64,000 nt of DNA, from NCBI RefSeq assembly GCF_009914755.1, contig NC_060935.1; one strand, given 5' to 3'. Below the pieces are notes generated by a model that saw only the letters and a program-made list of their open reading frames with translations, was not told the DNA's origin and searched no databases. Made by a program: the position numbers and the translations under genes. This stretch comes from the human T2T-CHM13v2.0 reference genome, Homo sapiens. The first letter of the stretch is position 1. The number at the start of each line of letters is the position of its first letter. Below, piece after piece: positions 1-15,470 of the stretch.

Positions 1-299
1 AAAAAAAAAGAAAACGATCTTCTTAAATTCAAAAGTAATATTCACTCATGAAGAAAAATTAATACAGATAAGCAAAAAAAGAAAAAGAAAATTAAAATCA
101 CCTACAATTTCTCTATTAAGAAATAACATGGCTTAATATGTTTATATACATCCTTCCTGACATTGTCCCATGGCATAAAACTATCATCATAATTATTATG
201 ATTTACAAAAATTTAGCTATTTTATGCCTAATGTTTTGTCTACCTACCATTCTTGAAGTTCAGGGTCATTATCTTTGTTTGACAACATAGACTTAATAT

Positions 300-1730
300 G
301 AGGAGTCTGAAAATATTTTATTGCTTTGGTATCTTGTTGATATCATAAAATCAGAGACAGAATAATATTTATTAGAAACATCCAAGCACAGGGCTCAGAA
401 ACAAATCGCTGGTGCCTGAGCAGCGTTCTGTGTTTTCAAAGTGGCCATGTAAAACACGAAGCCCAGTGGAACTATATATCACCACTACATAAACAATAAT
501 AACAATTTTTGATTTATATCTTCATATTTTCTGCCTTGTTCTTGCAGAAAAGTTGGTAAAAGCTGATTAGACTGTTACACCTACTTTTTTAGCAGATGGA
601 AGATAGGAGAAAATATTACCACAATGAAAGCGGGGGAAAGCCCAAAGGAAAATGTGTTTTTTAAAAATCGAGGACTTGTCAGCATGATGCACAGCTCTGA
701 AGATTAGAGCAAAGCAAAACAAATGTGTGAGTTATTTCTTGGATCAAAAGTTTCAATCATCTTTTGAGGTTACTTCTCAGGTATTGGGATATCTATAAAT
801 GCTAAACAAGATGGCAAACTAAAAAAAAAAAATTTAATCCAGAATGAGGGGCTTTCAGGTAAAATGGTCTTTAGCCATGTTTCTGGCTGTGGTCTTCATC
901 AAAAGAATTTCTATCAGCAGGGGGAGTACAGTTTAACATTAAGATGAAGGGGTTTTTCTTTTTTATGATTATAATCCTGCTGAATTGATATGAAGCAGAA
1001 ATGTGTGCAGAGATATTACACCAAACAAAGGGCCCTGTTTCTCTGTTTAAACAGAGGCACCCAGAGGAAATTATTCTGCAGGATTTTTGAGAATACATAG
1101 TATTCTTAGGTCGGTGCAAAAGTAATTGCAGTTTTTGCCATTGAAAGTAATGGCCAATAATATTACGTGATAATGGCCAGTAGTATTATGTGATTACTTC
1201 TAATAAAATTTCCTCACAAAAAGTGCTTGGTTAATTAAATTTTGTATGCTGTAGGGTTCTAACAATTTCAGAATCCATTGATTCAGAATTTATGACATTT
1301 TAAGCATAGCACACCTGAGTCTTATTGGGTTTTTAAAAGGGCTGCTGATCAACCCCCTAGTGTTTATTGACATTTACTTGTCCAGAACTCAAACAACCAC
1401 TCTCTGGGTTAGAAGACAACTTCTGTTCTCAGAGAGCCTACATCTTCATTGACGAGAAAAGTCTTACTCATATGAAAACACAAGACCAAGAGAACACTAT
1501 GTTGAGCTGCCATTGCAAAGGTTTCAGAAAAGAAAAATAAAATTGTTATGGGCTGGAGAACTGAATCCTGACACCGATTTTTACATGCTAAAAGCAATAA
1601 GAAGAGGAAAGAAAAGAAAACCAAAAAGAGCAAAAATGGATGTTCTACTCCATGGTTTCACATTTTATGAAAAACAGAAATGGAAGAAAATCCAGGCAAA
1701 AGGTGATGTCAAATGGGGGTAACAGAATCG
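300..1730 (+). mobile_element. Highly decayed RTE-clade LINE ORF2 (RT to C-terminus) relic
   Basis: Colinear degenerate motifs: LLF-AD (581-597), LKI..KT (697-723), DGKL...I*SR..AF.GK (810-866), single-frame GVQFNIKMK...LLN*YEAEMC...FKQRH..II (923-1099), LLWAGEL (1543-1563). Confidence 0.6.
1106..1160 (+). mobile_element. MADE1 (Hsmar1 MITE), right half largely deleted
   Basis: TTAGGTCGGTGCAAAAGTAATTGCAGTTTTTGCCATTGAAAGTAATGGC matches the MADE1 left TIR and centre. Confidence 0.9.
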
Positions 1731-1784
1731 GCAAAAAGTGGAAAGGATGCTGGGAACAGAAGAAACATTTACGACGCTCTTTAA

Positions 1785-1920
1785 AAAAATATTTACGGAG
1801 CACCTATTATGTGCCAGACACTATAGTAGGTGTTACAGATTAAGGTCAATAAGATAGACATGGCCTGGTCCTCATGGGGCTTAAGTGAGTGGAAGGGGCA
1901 ATAACCAAGTAAACAAATAA
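1785..1920 (-). mobile_element. L2 3' fragment
   Basis: GAGCACCTATTATGTGCCAGACAC signature. Confidence 0.7.
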
Positions 1921-1922
1921 AT

Positions 1923-3050
1923 AGGCCTAAAACTATAAAATATTTAGAAGAAAACGTAGAAATAAATCTTTGTGGCGTTGGTTCAGGTGATGGTTTCTTA
2001 GATACAACACCAAAGCACAGGCAACAAAAGAAGAAAAAGATATATTGGAGTTCTCAAAAAATTAAAAATGTTTGTGCTTCAGAGCACACTACAAAGAAAG
2101 TAAAAACCCATAAGAATGGGAGATAATATTTGCAAATCATATATCTGATAAGGGACTTGTATCCAGAATATATGAAGAACTCCTACACTCAATAATAAAA
2201 AGGCAACCCAACTTTTTAAATGGGCAAAGGACATGAAGAGACATTTCTCCGAAGAAAATATAAAAATGACCAATAAGCACATGAAAAGATGCTCAACATC
2301 ACTAATCATTAAAGAAATGCAAATCAAAACCACAATGATACCCCTTCATATCCACTAGGATGACAAGTGTTGGCAAGGATGTGGAGAAATTGGTGGGTTG
2401 CTGGCAGGTTGTAAAATGATGCAGCCACTTTAGAGAACAATTTGACAGCCCATAAAAAATGTTAAACATGGAGTTATTACATGATCCAGCAATTCCACTT
2501 CTAAGTATGCACCTGAAACAACTGAAAACCTAAGTCCATATAAAATATTGTATACAAATGTTCATAGCAGCATCATTCATAAGAGCCAAAAAGCAGAAAA
2601 AACTCAAAGATCCATCAGCTGATAAATGATAAACAAAATGCATTACATGCATGCAATGTAATATCATTTGGCTGTGAAAATGAATAGAATCCTGATACAT
2701 GCTACAACATAGATGAACCTTAAAAATATTATGCTAATTGAAAGAAGCCAGTTTTGTATGATTGCATTTACATGAAATATCCAGAATAGGCAAATCCATA
2801 GAGAAAGAAAATAGATTAGTTGTTGCCAGAACTAAGAGAAAATAGATTAGCTGTTGCTCTCCTTCTGGGGAGAAGGAGGAATAAGGAGTGACTACTAATG
2901 AGTATGGGGTTCCTTTTTGGGGCGATTAAAATGTTATAAAAATTAGCAGTAATGGTTGCACAACTCTGTGAATATACTCAAGAATGCTTTAAATGGGTGC
3001 ATTTTATAGTATGTGAATTATATCTCAATAAAGTTGTTACAAAAAACAAC
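1923..3050 (+). mobile_element. L1MB-type LINE-1, ORF2 end and 3' UTR
   Basis: AAAAGATGCTCAACATCACTAATCATT...GATCCAGCAATTCCACTTCT...TGAATTATATCTCAATAAAG. Confidence 0.9.
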
Positions 3051-3056
3051 CAACCA

Positions 3057-3399
<343 letters not shown>

Positions 3400-3794
3400 T
3401 TACTGCCCTATGGAGGAAAGGGAAAAAGGCTCATAGAAGGAGGAAAGTGGAAGCAGAGTGGCACAGAAGAAGCTGGTGCATTAAGGATTTTCTGGGGTGG
3501 AAAATTTAAAAAATAAAAAAGATAAATAATTAAATGTAAAAAAAAAAAAGAAGCTACTGCAGCCATCAAAGCAACAAGTGACAGTGATTCACGTGGGGGT
3601 AGCGGTAAAGGAAGGGGGAATCATGGGGTTTCAGCTTGGGTACATGGGTGCAGGGTGGTGCAGTGTCCCATCCTCCATCAGCAAGAAATTCAGGTCTGGG
3701 TCCAAATGGAAAAACCCACACTGAATCATAATCCTAATGCTATGAGGTAGGTATGACTATCCCCATTTATAATTTTCTAAAACAGCTTTATTGA

Positions 3795-4102
3795 GGCCAG
3801 GCACGGTGGCTCATGCCTGTGATCCCAGCACTTCAGGAAGTCAAGGCGGGTGGATCACCTGAGGTCAGGAGTTTGAGACCAGCCTGTCCAACATGGCAAA
3901 TCCCCGTCTCCCCACTGCTACTAAAAATACAAAAATTACCCGGGCATGGTGGCGGGCACCTGCAATCCCAGCAACTTGGGAGGCTGGGGTAGGAGAATGA
4001 ATTGAACCCAGGAGGCAGAGGTTTCAGTGAGCCAAGATCGGCCACTGCATTCCATCCTGGGTAACAGAGACTCCATCTCAATCAATCAATCAATCAATCA
4101 AT
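3795..4102 (+). mobile_element. AluS with (TCAA)n tail
   Basis: Alu dimer; TSD AAAACAG(C/T)TTTATTGA. Confidence 0.95.
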
Positions 4103-4216
4103 AAAACAGTTTTATTGAGATGTAATTGACATGCAATAACTGCACATATTTAAGGTGTACAATTCAAATAAAAAAATAAAGTGTACAACTTGATAAGTTT
4201 TTTAATTTTATTTTTT

Positions 4217-4377
4217 TAGAAATGGAGTCTCGCTATGTTGTCCAGGCTGGAGTACAATGACTACTCATAGGCACAAATATAGAGCACTACGGCCTTTAAC
4301 TTCTGGGCTCAAGCAATTCTCCCACCTCAGCCTCTCGATTAGCTAGGACTACAGGTGCACACAACCACACCCAGCTT
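4217..4377 (-). mobile_element. FAM (fossil Alu monomer)
   Basis: Monomer retaining the FAM-type segment GACTACTCATAGGCACAAATATAGAGCACTAC. Confidence 0.7.
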
Positions 4378-4699
4378 CCCTATTTACAATTGAATAAATG
4401 TGGTTCAAATAAGTGAAAATACACACCATAATAAACCTTACTGCTGTGGTTAATGACAGCCTAACTCATACCCAAGCTCTTTACTGTATACTATATAAGG
4501 AGACATTTTAAAGAGAAAAAAAAAAAAGGAGGAAGAGAGAAAGAAATTGTAGGTACAATACTTCTAGTCAAGAAGGGGGGGTCAGGCATTCACATGTAAC
4601 ATTTTTGTTCCTTTGGTTTTGGCCTAGTATCTTGCACATACTGTCGTTAAGAGCCAGAGAACTCCCAAAATATTATCCTCAGCTTCCAGCCAATAGCCA

Positions 4700-5270
4700 G
4701 AGGTTGTTAATTCTTCCCAAATGTGTTTACAACTCTCTCCATTCACGATGCTGTGGCTTTCTTATTTCAGTGTCCCCTCATCTCTTGCAGGAGGTATTGC
4801 AACACCCTCCTAACTCTTCTCCCTGCATCCAGCCCTACCTACCACACCATCCCTTCCCCAGCACATTTGCGGTGGAGTGTGCACACACGCGCATGCACAC
4901 GCACCCACACACACATACACACACCCATCCTTCTTGATCCCTTCTCCAGATGGGGTGCTCTTTCTAAAATGCAAACCTGTTCCATTCACCACCTTCCTTA
5001 AAACCCTTCAGAGATACCTACTGTGGCTCAGGATCAAGCTTAAAGTCCTTAACACAACCTCCACAGCCACTCACGAGCTTGAGCCTGCACACCTCTCCAG
5101 CATTTTCTTCATTCTCCCTCTCCATGCACACACCCTATGCCCTATGTGCCAGCCACACTAAACTACTTCCATTCCCCTGAATGTGCCATGCTCCACCGAC
5201 CTCAGGTCTTTGCACATGCTGTTCCATTCCTGCCAACTGCTTGCATAGCTAACTCCTACATATCCTTTAG
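4700..5270 (+). mobile_element. L2 fragment with internal (CA)n
   Basis: CTCAGGTCTTTGCACATGCTGTTCC; CAGCCACACTAAACTAC. Confidence 0.7.
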
Positions 5271-5271
5271 T

Positions 5272-5337
5272 CTTCCCTGACCCTCCAATTCAGGACCAGG
5301 TACCCTTCCCTGACCCTCCAATTCAGGACCAGGTACC
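5272..5337. repeat. Perfect 33-bp tandem duplication
   Basis: CTTCCCTGACCCTCCAATTCAGGACCAGGTACC x2. Confidence 0.95.
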
Positions 5338-5849
5338 AACCTCAGGGCACTCTGTACAGCCCCCATGAGCAGAGAGGGGTTAAGGGGTGACCAGCTGATC
5401 AACCACCTGGGGCAGAAATCTACAAGGGGGAATAAAAATCACAGGAGATGTAATAAGATTAGAAAAATTTTATCTCCTAGAATCCCGTCAGGATAGTACA
5501 CTATGTGGTTAGAAATAATATGCTGATAAGTCCCTCAGGGTTGGGGGTAATGTGCCCCAAGGGGCTTGCCTTCCAAGGGTGTCACCTCTGTTTTACTGTG
5601 GAGTGGCTGTTTGGTCCAGTGGGGAATGCGAATTTGGGGCCAGAGTGGAATTGCTCAGAACTTTGGGTGTCAGGCCTCCTTTCTTCGCCCTTCCCTCCTG
5701 ACAGGGTCCCAACATATAATATATATGTCTAGTGTATATGCTAGAAAGCTCTAGAGGAAGGGAAAGTACCACCAAAAAACTCTGGTGGGTGAGCAGCAGT
5801 CCTGCCTCCGCAAGTGCTCAGCCTCTTCCGTTTTAAAAACTGAATAAAT

Positions 5850-6142
5850 GGCCAAGTGTGGTGGCTCATGCCTGTAATCTCAACACTTTGGAAGGCCAAG
5901 GTGGAAGGACTGCTTGAGCCCAGGAGTTCAAGATCAGCCTGGGCAACATAGCGAGACCCCATCTCTACAAAAATTGTAAAAACTAGCCAGGTGTGGTGGC
6001 GCATGCCTGTGGTCCCAGTTACTTGGGAGGCTGAAGTGGGAGGATCGCTTGAGTCTAGGAGGTTGAGTCTGCCGTAAGCCATGATGGCACCACTGCACTC
6101 CAGCCTAGATGACAGAGCGAGACTCTGTTACAAAAAAACCCA
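5850..6142 (+). mobile_element. AluJ
   Basis: GCTTGAGCCCAGGAGTTC, GGGCAACATAGCGAGACC; TSD AAAACTGAATAAA. Confidence 0.95.
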
Positions 6143-6299
6143 AAACTGAATAAAGATTTACAGCACATTGATTCGATAAAATTTCTATTTATTAACCTGT
6201 CCAGGTGCTCACATATTTCAGTCTGGATGCACCCATCAAAGCATCCATCACATAATAGTAACTTACCTGTGGCCCTGCTGGAAAGTCTGTACCATGATA

Positions 6300-6480
6300 A
6301 TCATTAACATTTGAGTGGTTAATGCCAAGTGTTAATTCACTTAGTTATCAAAATAATTCCTTCGGGTGAATGCTATTTTCACTCCCGTTTTATAGTTGAG
6401 GAAACTGAGGCATAACAAAGTAAAGTAATTGGCAGGGCTGGATTTCAAACCCAGACAGTCTAGCTCTACCTGGTGCTCCA
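6300..6480 (-). mobile_element. MIR
   Basis: TTTTATAGTTGAGGAAACTGAGGC core. Confidence 0.8.
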
Positions 6481-6769
6481 ACCAGAATGATACACTCCCC
6501 CTTAGGATGGGACTGAGTCCTTTTACCTGAAACAGCCTCTGCAGCCAAGCACAGACCTAACACACAGAAAAATTTAATAAATGTTAGTTGAATGAATCTT
6601 CAATTAGTAGAAGACTGTTTATTCATTTCTTCAGTAAATATTTATCAAGTGCCTTCTATGTGGCCAGCACTATTCTGGGCACTGGCACAAAGTGGTGACA
6701 AGACCGCTGCAAGCCTGAGTGGCCTCTTGTTCAGCCTGACACACGATGCAGAAACTCCTTCTCCCACAT

Positions 6770-7010
6770 TCCCACCTGATGGCCATCCCACCTCTGGTTC
6801 AGGAGATGGAAAGGCGATTGCTGTTAGATTCTTGTTTGTTTAAGAGACTGGCCTTCCTTGGCCTTCCACTTGAAGAAGCACAAACTTGCACTACAACCTC
6901 ATGCCTATAACAGCCTTTTACATCTTGCAAGATAGTTCTAGCTCCTTCAGGTCTTCTTTATTCTAGGCTAGACTAAGCTTCCTCAGTTCCTTCATCAGTT
7001 CATGCTCTGA
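6770..7010 (-). mobile_element. L3/CR1 3' fragment
   Basis: GTCTTCTTTATTCTAGGCTAGAC...CAGTTCCTTCA resembles the antisense L3 end. Confidence 0.5.
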
Positions 7011-7057
7011 TTACATTTCTGCAGGAGACAGCTTTCATTTACTTACTCATCCATTCA

Positions 7058-7372
<315 letters not shown>

Positions 7373-7809
7373 TTACTATTAATATGTACCAGGTACTTTG
7401 CTAGGCCCTATGAATACAGAAATGAAGGGCATGGTTTCTTCCCTCAAGAAACGCATGGTCCACTGGGAGAATGAGGCATTTAGGGAAATAATTTCAACAT
7501 TTCCTAGGTGACAAGTATAATAGAGATACAGTTATACTGAGTAGAACCACTCAGTGCTACAACTAGACTTTAAGCCGGCCACTCTGGGATCATTCAGTGT
7601 GGCCATGTTTATCTTGCATAGTGACCACGAGAATGAAAAGAAGAGCTAGGAAATAAATATCTCCACTGTCCTGATCTGAGTGTTGTCATTTAAAGGATGC
7701 AGTCCAGAACTGTAACTGATTTATTTAGCAGGTGGCTAACTTAAAAAAAAAAACCCTAGTATTAATTTCATGAAATGTTATCAGGCCCATCCTACACTAA
7801 TGAAATGAG

Positions 7810-7869
7810 AGATAGATGAGAGATAGGCAGATAGATAGATAGATAGAGAGATAGATAGATAGATGGATA
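7810..7869. repeat. (GATA)n microsatellite, imperfect
   Basis: AGATAGATAGATAGATAGAGAGATAGATAGATAGAT. Confidence 0.9.
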
Positions 7870-8139
7870 AACATTTTGCATGTTTCATCCCTGGTAAATA
7901 TCCTCTTATTTCAGTCTAGCAAAGCTCTCATATACAATACCAGGCCTTAGGAATCAAGGTCCAATTTCCAGCTCCATTATTTCAACCTCCAAGACCTACC
8001 TCATAGGTCTGTTGAGGGCATTAAAAGAAACAATGAATGAAATGATCTGGCACGTTGTAAGCCCCATAGTTGGTGCTCAATAAATGCTAGTAATATTTAC
8101 TTGTGGCTTACTGGTTCCTCAAGATTCCTTAAAATCTGA

Positions 8140-8225
8140 ATCTGGACACCCAATGTATGAGGCTGCGCTTCAGCTTCATGTCAGCTGCAAACCTGACAGG
8201 GTGTCTTCTAATTTTCAATAATCAC
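8140..8225 (-). mobile_element. CR1/L3 RT fragment
   Basis: Minus strand reads FAADMKL versus CR1 FADDTKL. Confidence 0.55.
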
Positions 8226-8326
8226 TCCACTCCCAACTCCATTCCTCATCCGCATCTGCTTCCCTTCCATTTCCATCTTTGCTCGGCCCAAGTATCAGGC
8301 GCTATCTCAGAAGGTTGACAAACCAG

Positions 8327-8345
8327 CATTGCCACCTGGAGGACA
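8327..8345 (-). promoter_or_regulatory. Candidate CTCF site
   Basis: TGTCCTCCAGGTGGCAATG versus consensus CCASYAGRKGGCR; motif only. Confidence 0.4.
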
Positions 8346-8385
8346 GCATGAGAATCTGGGTGAGAGAACAATTTTATGGCACCAG

Positions 8386-8570
8386 ATAAACCAACTCAGC
8401 TGTTCTGTGCCGGCACTAACGAGGCCAAGTTCAGAGGTTCATCCCCCAAAGGGGCCAATTAGCTTTACACTGAGAGGCACTCCGGAGTGCAGCCCCAGCC
8501 TCTAACCTTGGCCCTCAAGTTACACGTGTGTGGCTGTTGGTTAGAAGTGAATTCATCAATCCAATCCCAT
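8386..8570 (+). mobile_element. MamSINE1-like ancient tRNA(Ile)-derived SINE
   Basis: AACTCAGCTG..GGCACTAACGAGGCCAAGTTCAGAGGTTCATCCCC..GGGCCA followed by ATTAGCTTTACACTGAG and GCTGTTGGTTAGAAG body. Confidence 0.7.
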
Positions 8571-8911
8571 TTTTCATAATTTCTTTAAAACCCAGTTGTA
8601 AGGCAGCGTGGAAACAACAAAAATGCACAAGACCTTCTCCTTCCTCTTAAAGAAGCTTCAGCCTGCAACAGTGTTTCCCCAAATGAATCCTGAGACATTA
8701 ATAGGAGTTATGAGAATAAGTGGCTCCAGTGTTAAATCAGTTTGGAAAACACTGATCTAATCAAAGTCGAGGAGCTTGTTTACGAAAGGGCTTTGCAGAG
8801 CTTGCTACATGCTAATATGCACGTGCTAATTTTCCAAGAAGGAAATGCAGTGTGCAGAGTTTCACAGATTTGGACAGCCATGGGCATCCGCACCTTTAAA
8901 AAAAAAAAAGA

Positions 8912-10550
<1,639 letters not shown>

Positions 10551-10611
10551 AAAACCACAAAGCCCTTGTTTTAGGACAGTGTACCATCTTCATATGACTA
10601 TTATTGTGGAA

Positions 10612-11283
10612 TGCAAATGTTTCTTACTTACAATGGGGTTACATCTTGATAAACTAAGTTGAAAATATCCTAAGTCAAAAATGCATTTAAAACTGGGCGC
10701 AGTGGCTCAGGCTTGTAATCCCAGCACTTTGGAAGGCCAAGGCGGGCAGATCACAAGGTCAGGCGATCAAGACCATCCTGGCTAACAAGGTGAAACCCCG
10801 TCTCTACTAAAAATACAAAAAAAATTAGCCGGGGGCCTGTAGTCCCAGCTACTCAGGAGGCTGAGGCAGGAGAATGGCGTGAACCCAGGAGGCGGAGCTT
10901 GCAGTGAATGGCGATGGCGCCACTGCACTCCAGCCTGGGCGATGGAGCGAGACTCCATCTCAAAATAAATAAATAAATAAATAATAAATTTTAAAAATGC
11001 ATTTAGTACACCTAAGCTACTGAACATCATAGCTTAGCCTAGTCTACTCAGACATGCTCAGAACACTTACATCAGCCTACAGTTAAGCAATATCATCTAA
11101 CACGAAGCCAATTTTATAATAAAGTGTTGAATATCTCATTTCCATTTTAACATTACCAAAAGTGAAAAACAGAATGGTTGCATGGGTACTTGAAGTATGG
11201 TTGCTGCTGAACGTGTATCGCTTTCACACCACTGCAAAGTTGAAAAATTCTAAATGGAACCATCATAAGTCAGGGACCATCTA
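10612..11283 (+). mobile_element. MER47A (Tigger MITE) interrupted by AluY
   Basis: CTTACAATGGGGTTACATC...AACCATCATAAGTCAGGGACCATCT. Confidence 0.85.
10692..10992 (+). mobile_element. AluY
   Basis: AluY diagnostics; TSD AAAAATGCATTTA. Confidence 0.9.
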
Positions 11284-11417
11284 CACTCCTAAGAGCTAAT
11301 ATTTAGTGAGGAATAACTAAATTCCTGGATTATGAATTGCCTAGACTATTTCATCTAAACTTCATGTAAATCTTGTAAGACAAGGTACCATTTTCTTGCC
11401 CCAATTTAAAGATGAAG

Positions 11418-11756
<339 letters not shown>

Positions 11757-12429
11757 TTACATCCCTGTTTGCCATCTACCTCCTTTTCCCAACACACACA
11801 CACACACACAGATGACACTGTTTCTCCATGGAGAGATACTACACGTGGCCAACGAGATAGCTTTGCTATCTCATTGGCTACTGGTTGCCATTTATTAAGG
11901 GCTCACTGGTGCCAAGAATTATTCCAAGAGATTTGACATATATAAGCATGTAAACCAATAATAACTGGTCTCTCCTAGACCTTTAAGTTCTTTCTGCCTT
12001 CTGCAATATTGTGCAGGCTATCCCTGTCTTCTCCCTTACTTACTGACCTTTAGAAACCGCCAAAACTAGATATTCCTTTTATTTTGCTGGGTGGAGCAAT
12101 TCAGCTCTTTCCAGCTTCTATGCATATATTCTACTGCTGCCCCACCTCAGTACATCCAAACGCCATGGCCGTGCTCTGTTAAATAGCAGACCTACCTGAT
12201 CTCATGCTAGTGCATGCACACGTCCTCTCTCTTTCTCTGTCTCTCTCCCTCTCTCCCTCCCTGTGTGCTTCTGTGTCATGTGTACTCTCTATCACTTCTG
12301 GGGAAAGGCACAAAGGAAAAATGAATTTCCTTGCTGATATAAAGTGTGTCTACCTCCCTTAAAAGGCAGAAGTAGCTGTAGTCAGTTTGGTTTAATATAC
12401 TATTTTTATTTTCCATTACACATACATTA

Positions 12430-12560
12430 TCCAAGTAGGTTATTTTATTAATTCGATTTTATAGATGAGGAAACTGAGGTCAGATAACTTGCCTGAAGCA
12501 CCAAGGCAGATGCCTGACTGGACCGTTGTTTAAATCAGGCCCTTCTGACTTCACATCTTG
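12430..12560 (-). mobile_element. MIR
   Basis: TTTTATAGATGAGGAAACTGAGG. Confidence 0.8.
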
Positions 12561-12816
12561 GTGTCACTAAGATGTAAAGAAGAATGAGGACACTCTGAGC
12601 TTCAGGACATGAGAAAGTCCCCTGAAGAAGTGGTTCTTAAAGTATGAAAAGGCTGACTCAATTTCTTCAATGTTAGCAAGGACAAACTGGTTAGAAGAGA
12701 CCCCAACTGAAGCAAGCACACAATTCTTCACCCTTCAGGTCAGAAATCTGGTCCCACAAACCAGTTTAAAATGATGAAGCTGACTGCTTACCTCGCTGAT
12801 AGCAGTGGCCTTCTAA

Positions 12817-13104
<288 letters not shown>

Positions 13105-13120
13105 TAGTTTTTAAAAAAAA

Positions 13121-13571
<451 letters not shown>

Positions 13572-14039
13572 CTAAATTTTCCCACCAGCCTGGTCTCAAA
13601 GGTTGAGCAGGGCTCAGGGCAGAAGGCATAACAAAGCAATCTTAGACAATATGGGTTCTTCATTACTTCTGCAAAATGCCACTAGCACCTTTGACCAACT
13701 GTTAATATTGCATGACGCTGACATCTTGTGATGTAGCTGGAGTTTGAGAAATGGAGCTGAGGGTTGATTCGGGTCCAAAAAATAAATCTTTTCTATTGCC
13801 ATGGAGCAGTTACAGTTGCACAACTGAAATACCAGCCCTTTGGAAAAGCTATCAAACCCACTCATGCAGTTGGGTAATATAATCATCTGAAGCATTTCTT
13901 AGATGCCTGGTGTTGGAAGCACAGGACAGAGTAAGTTAAGCGGATACAATCTATTATGTGAGACATTTCCAAGACAGGATGTAAGTTTCTGGTGCAAGCA
14001 GTGAGACTGGTTGAGACAGAGGCCAGCATGGTATCTTAT

Positions 14040-14480
14040 AATAATAACCAGCATTTATTGGGCCTCTTCCCTTTGTCAGCTCTGAGCCATATGTCTCACA
14101 TAATCCTCAGAGCAACCCTTGAGGGAGGGGCCATTACTACCCCCGTTTTACAGATTAAGAAACACAGACTGCTAGATGTTGAGTAACCGGCTCAAGACAA
14201 TAGAGCTAGTAAATGGTGGAGCATAACTCAAGTCCCAAGCCCTCTTCCACCACAGTCCGCACGCTTGATCACTGCACCCTACCTGTATGATCCATGCAGA
14301 GTAGCTCTAGCATGAATTTTAGAGTTGGATAGCCCTAGATTCAAATTCTTGTTGCATCACTCAATTGGATCAGGTATACAACCTCTGTAAACTTTAGTCA
14401 CCCCATCTGCAAAAATTAGTGGTGACACTAATACCCAGCTTGCAGGGAAGTAAAGAAAGAAATATTTGTGTAACCGTATT
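14040..14480. mobile_element. Two MIR fragments in opposite orientation
   Basis: CCCCGTTTTACAGATTAAGAAAC; CCCCATCTGCAAAAAT. Confidence 0.7.
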
Positions 14481-14605
14481 GCATCCAAAGGCCCACACGG
14501 ATGGGTCCCAGAATCCAAATCCTTTTTTCAATGCACAGCAGGAGGAAAAAGACTCCAATGTCAATAATTGTTGTTTTGTTTCATTTCTAAAACCCCTAGC
14601 CCATG

Positions 14606-15043
<438 letters not shown>

Positions 15044-15331
15044 CAAAAATAATTTTTTAAAAAAGAACAAACAAACAAAACCCTCTAGCCCATGGTAGGC
15101 ATTCAGTAAGTTGTAGCTATCATAACTATTTTTTTTACAAGGTATATCTTTACATAACTAGCCCAATTAATCTAATTGAAATGCTATTTCAATCATCCTA
15201 CTTTTCCCCCACCCCTACTCTTTTCAAAACCTCTAAGCTGTTTCTACTAATTTGCACTAAAACAGAACAGGATGAGTAGCAGAAGCCCCATTGTAGCAGC
15301 ACCAAGCTCTGTTCCCTCAACATTTTAGATT

Positions 15332-15470
15332 GGGCCGGGGATGGTGGCTCACGCCTGTAATCCCAGCACTTCAGGAGGCTGAGGTGGGATGATTGCTTGA
15401 GCCCAGGAGTTCAAGATCAATCTGGGCAGCATAGTAAGACCCTGTCTCTAAAAAATAAAAAATAAAACAA
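15332..15470 (+). mobile_element. FLAM_C
   Basis: Left monomer; TSD AAC/AAAATTTTAGA. Confidence 0.85.

Noticed and set aside
520-547. Splice-acceptor-like TTCTGCCTTGTTCTTGCAG
   Set aside because: No open frame or strong donor follows; lies within the LINE relic
8386-8457. Functional tRNA-Ile gene
   Set aside because: Acceptor stem, A box and B box are degenerate, no terminator; continues as SINE body
13760-13772. AGGGTTGATTCGG match to 7SK RNA
   Set aside because: Only 13 nt; flanks do not align
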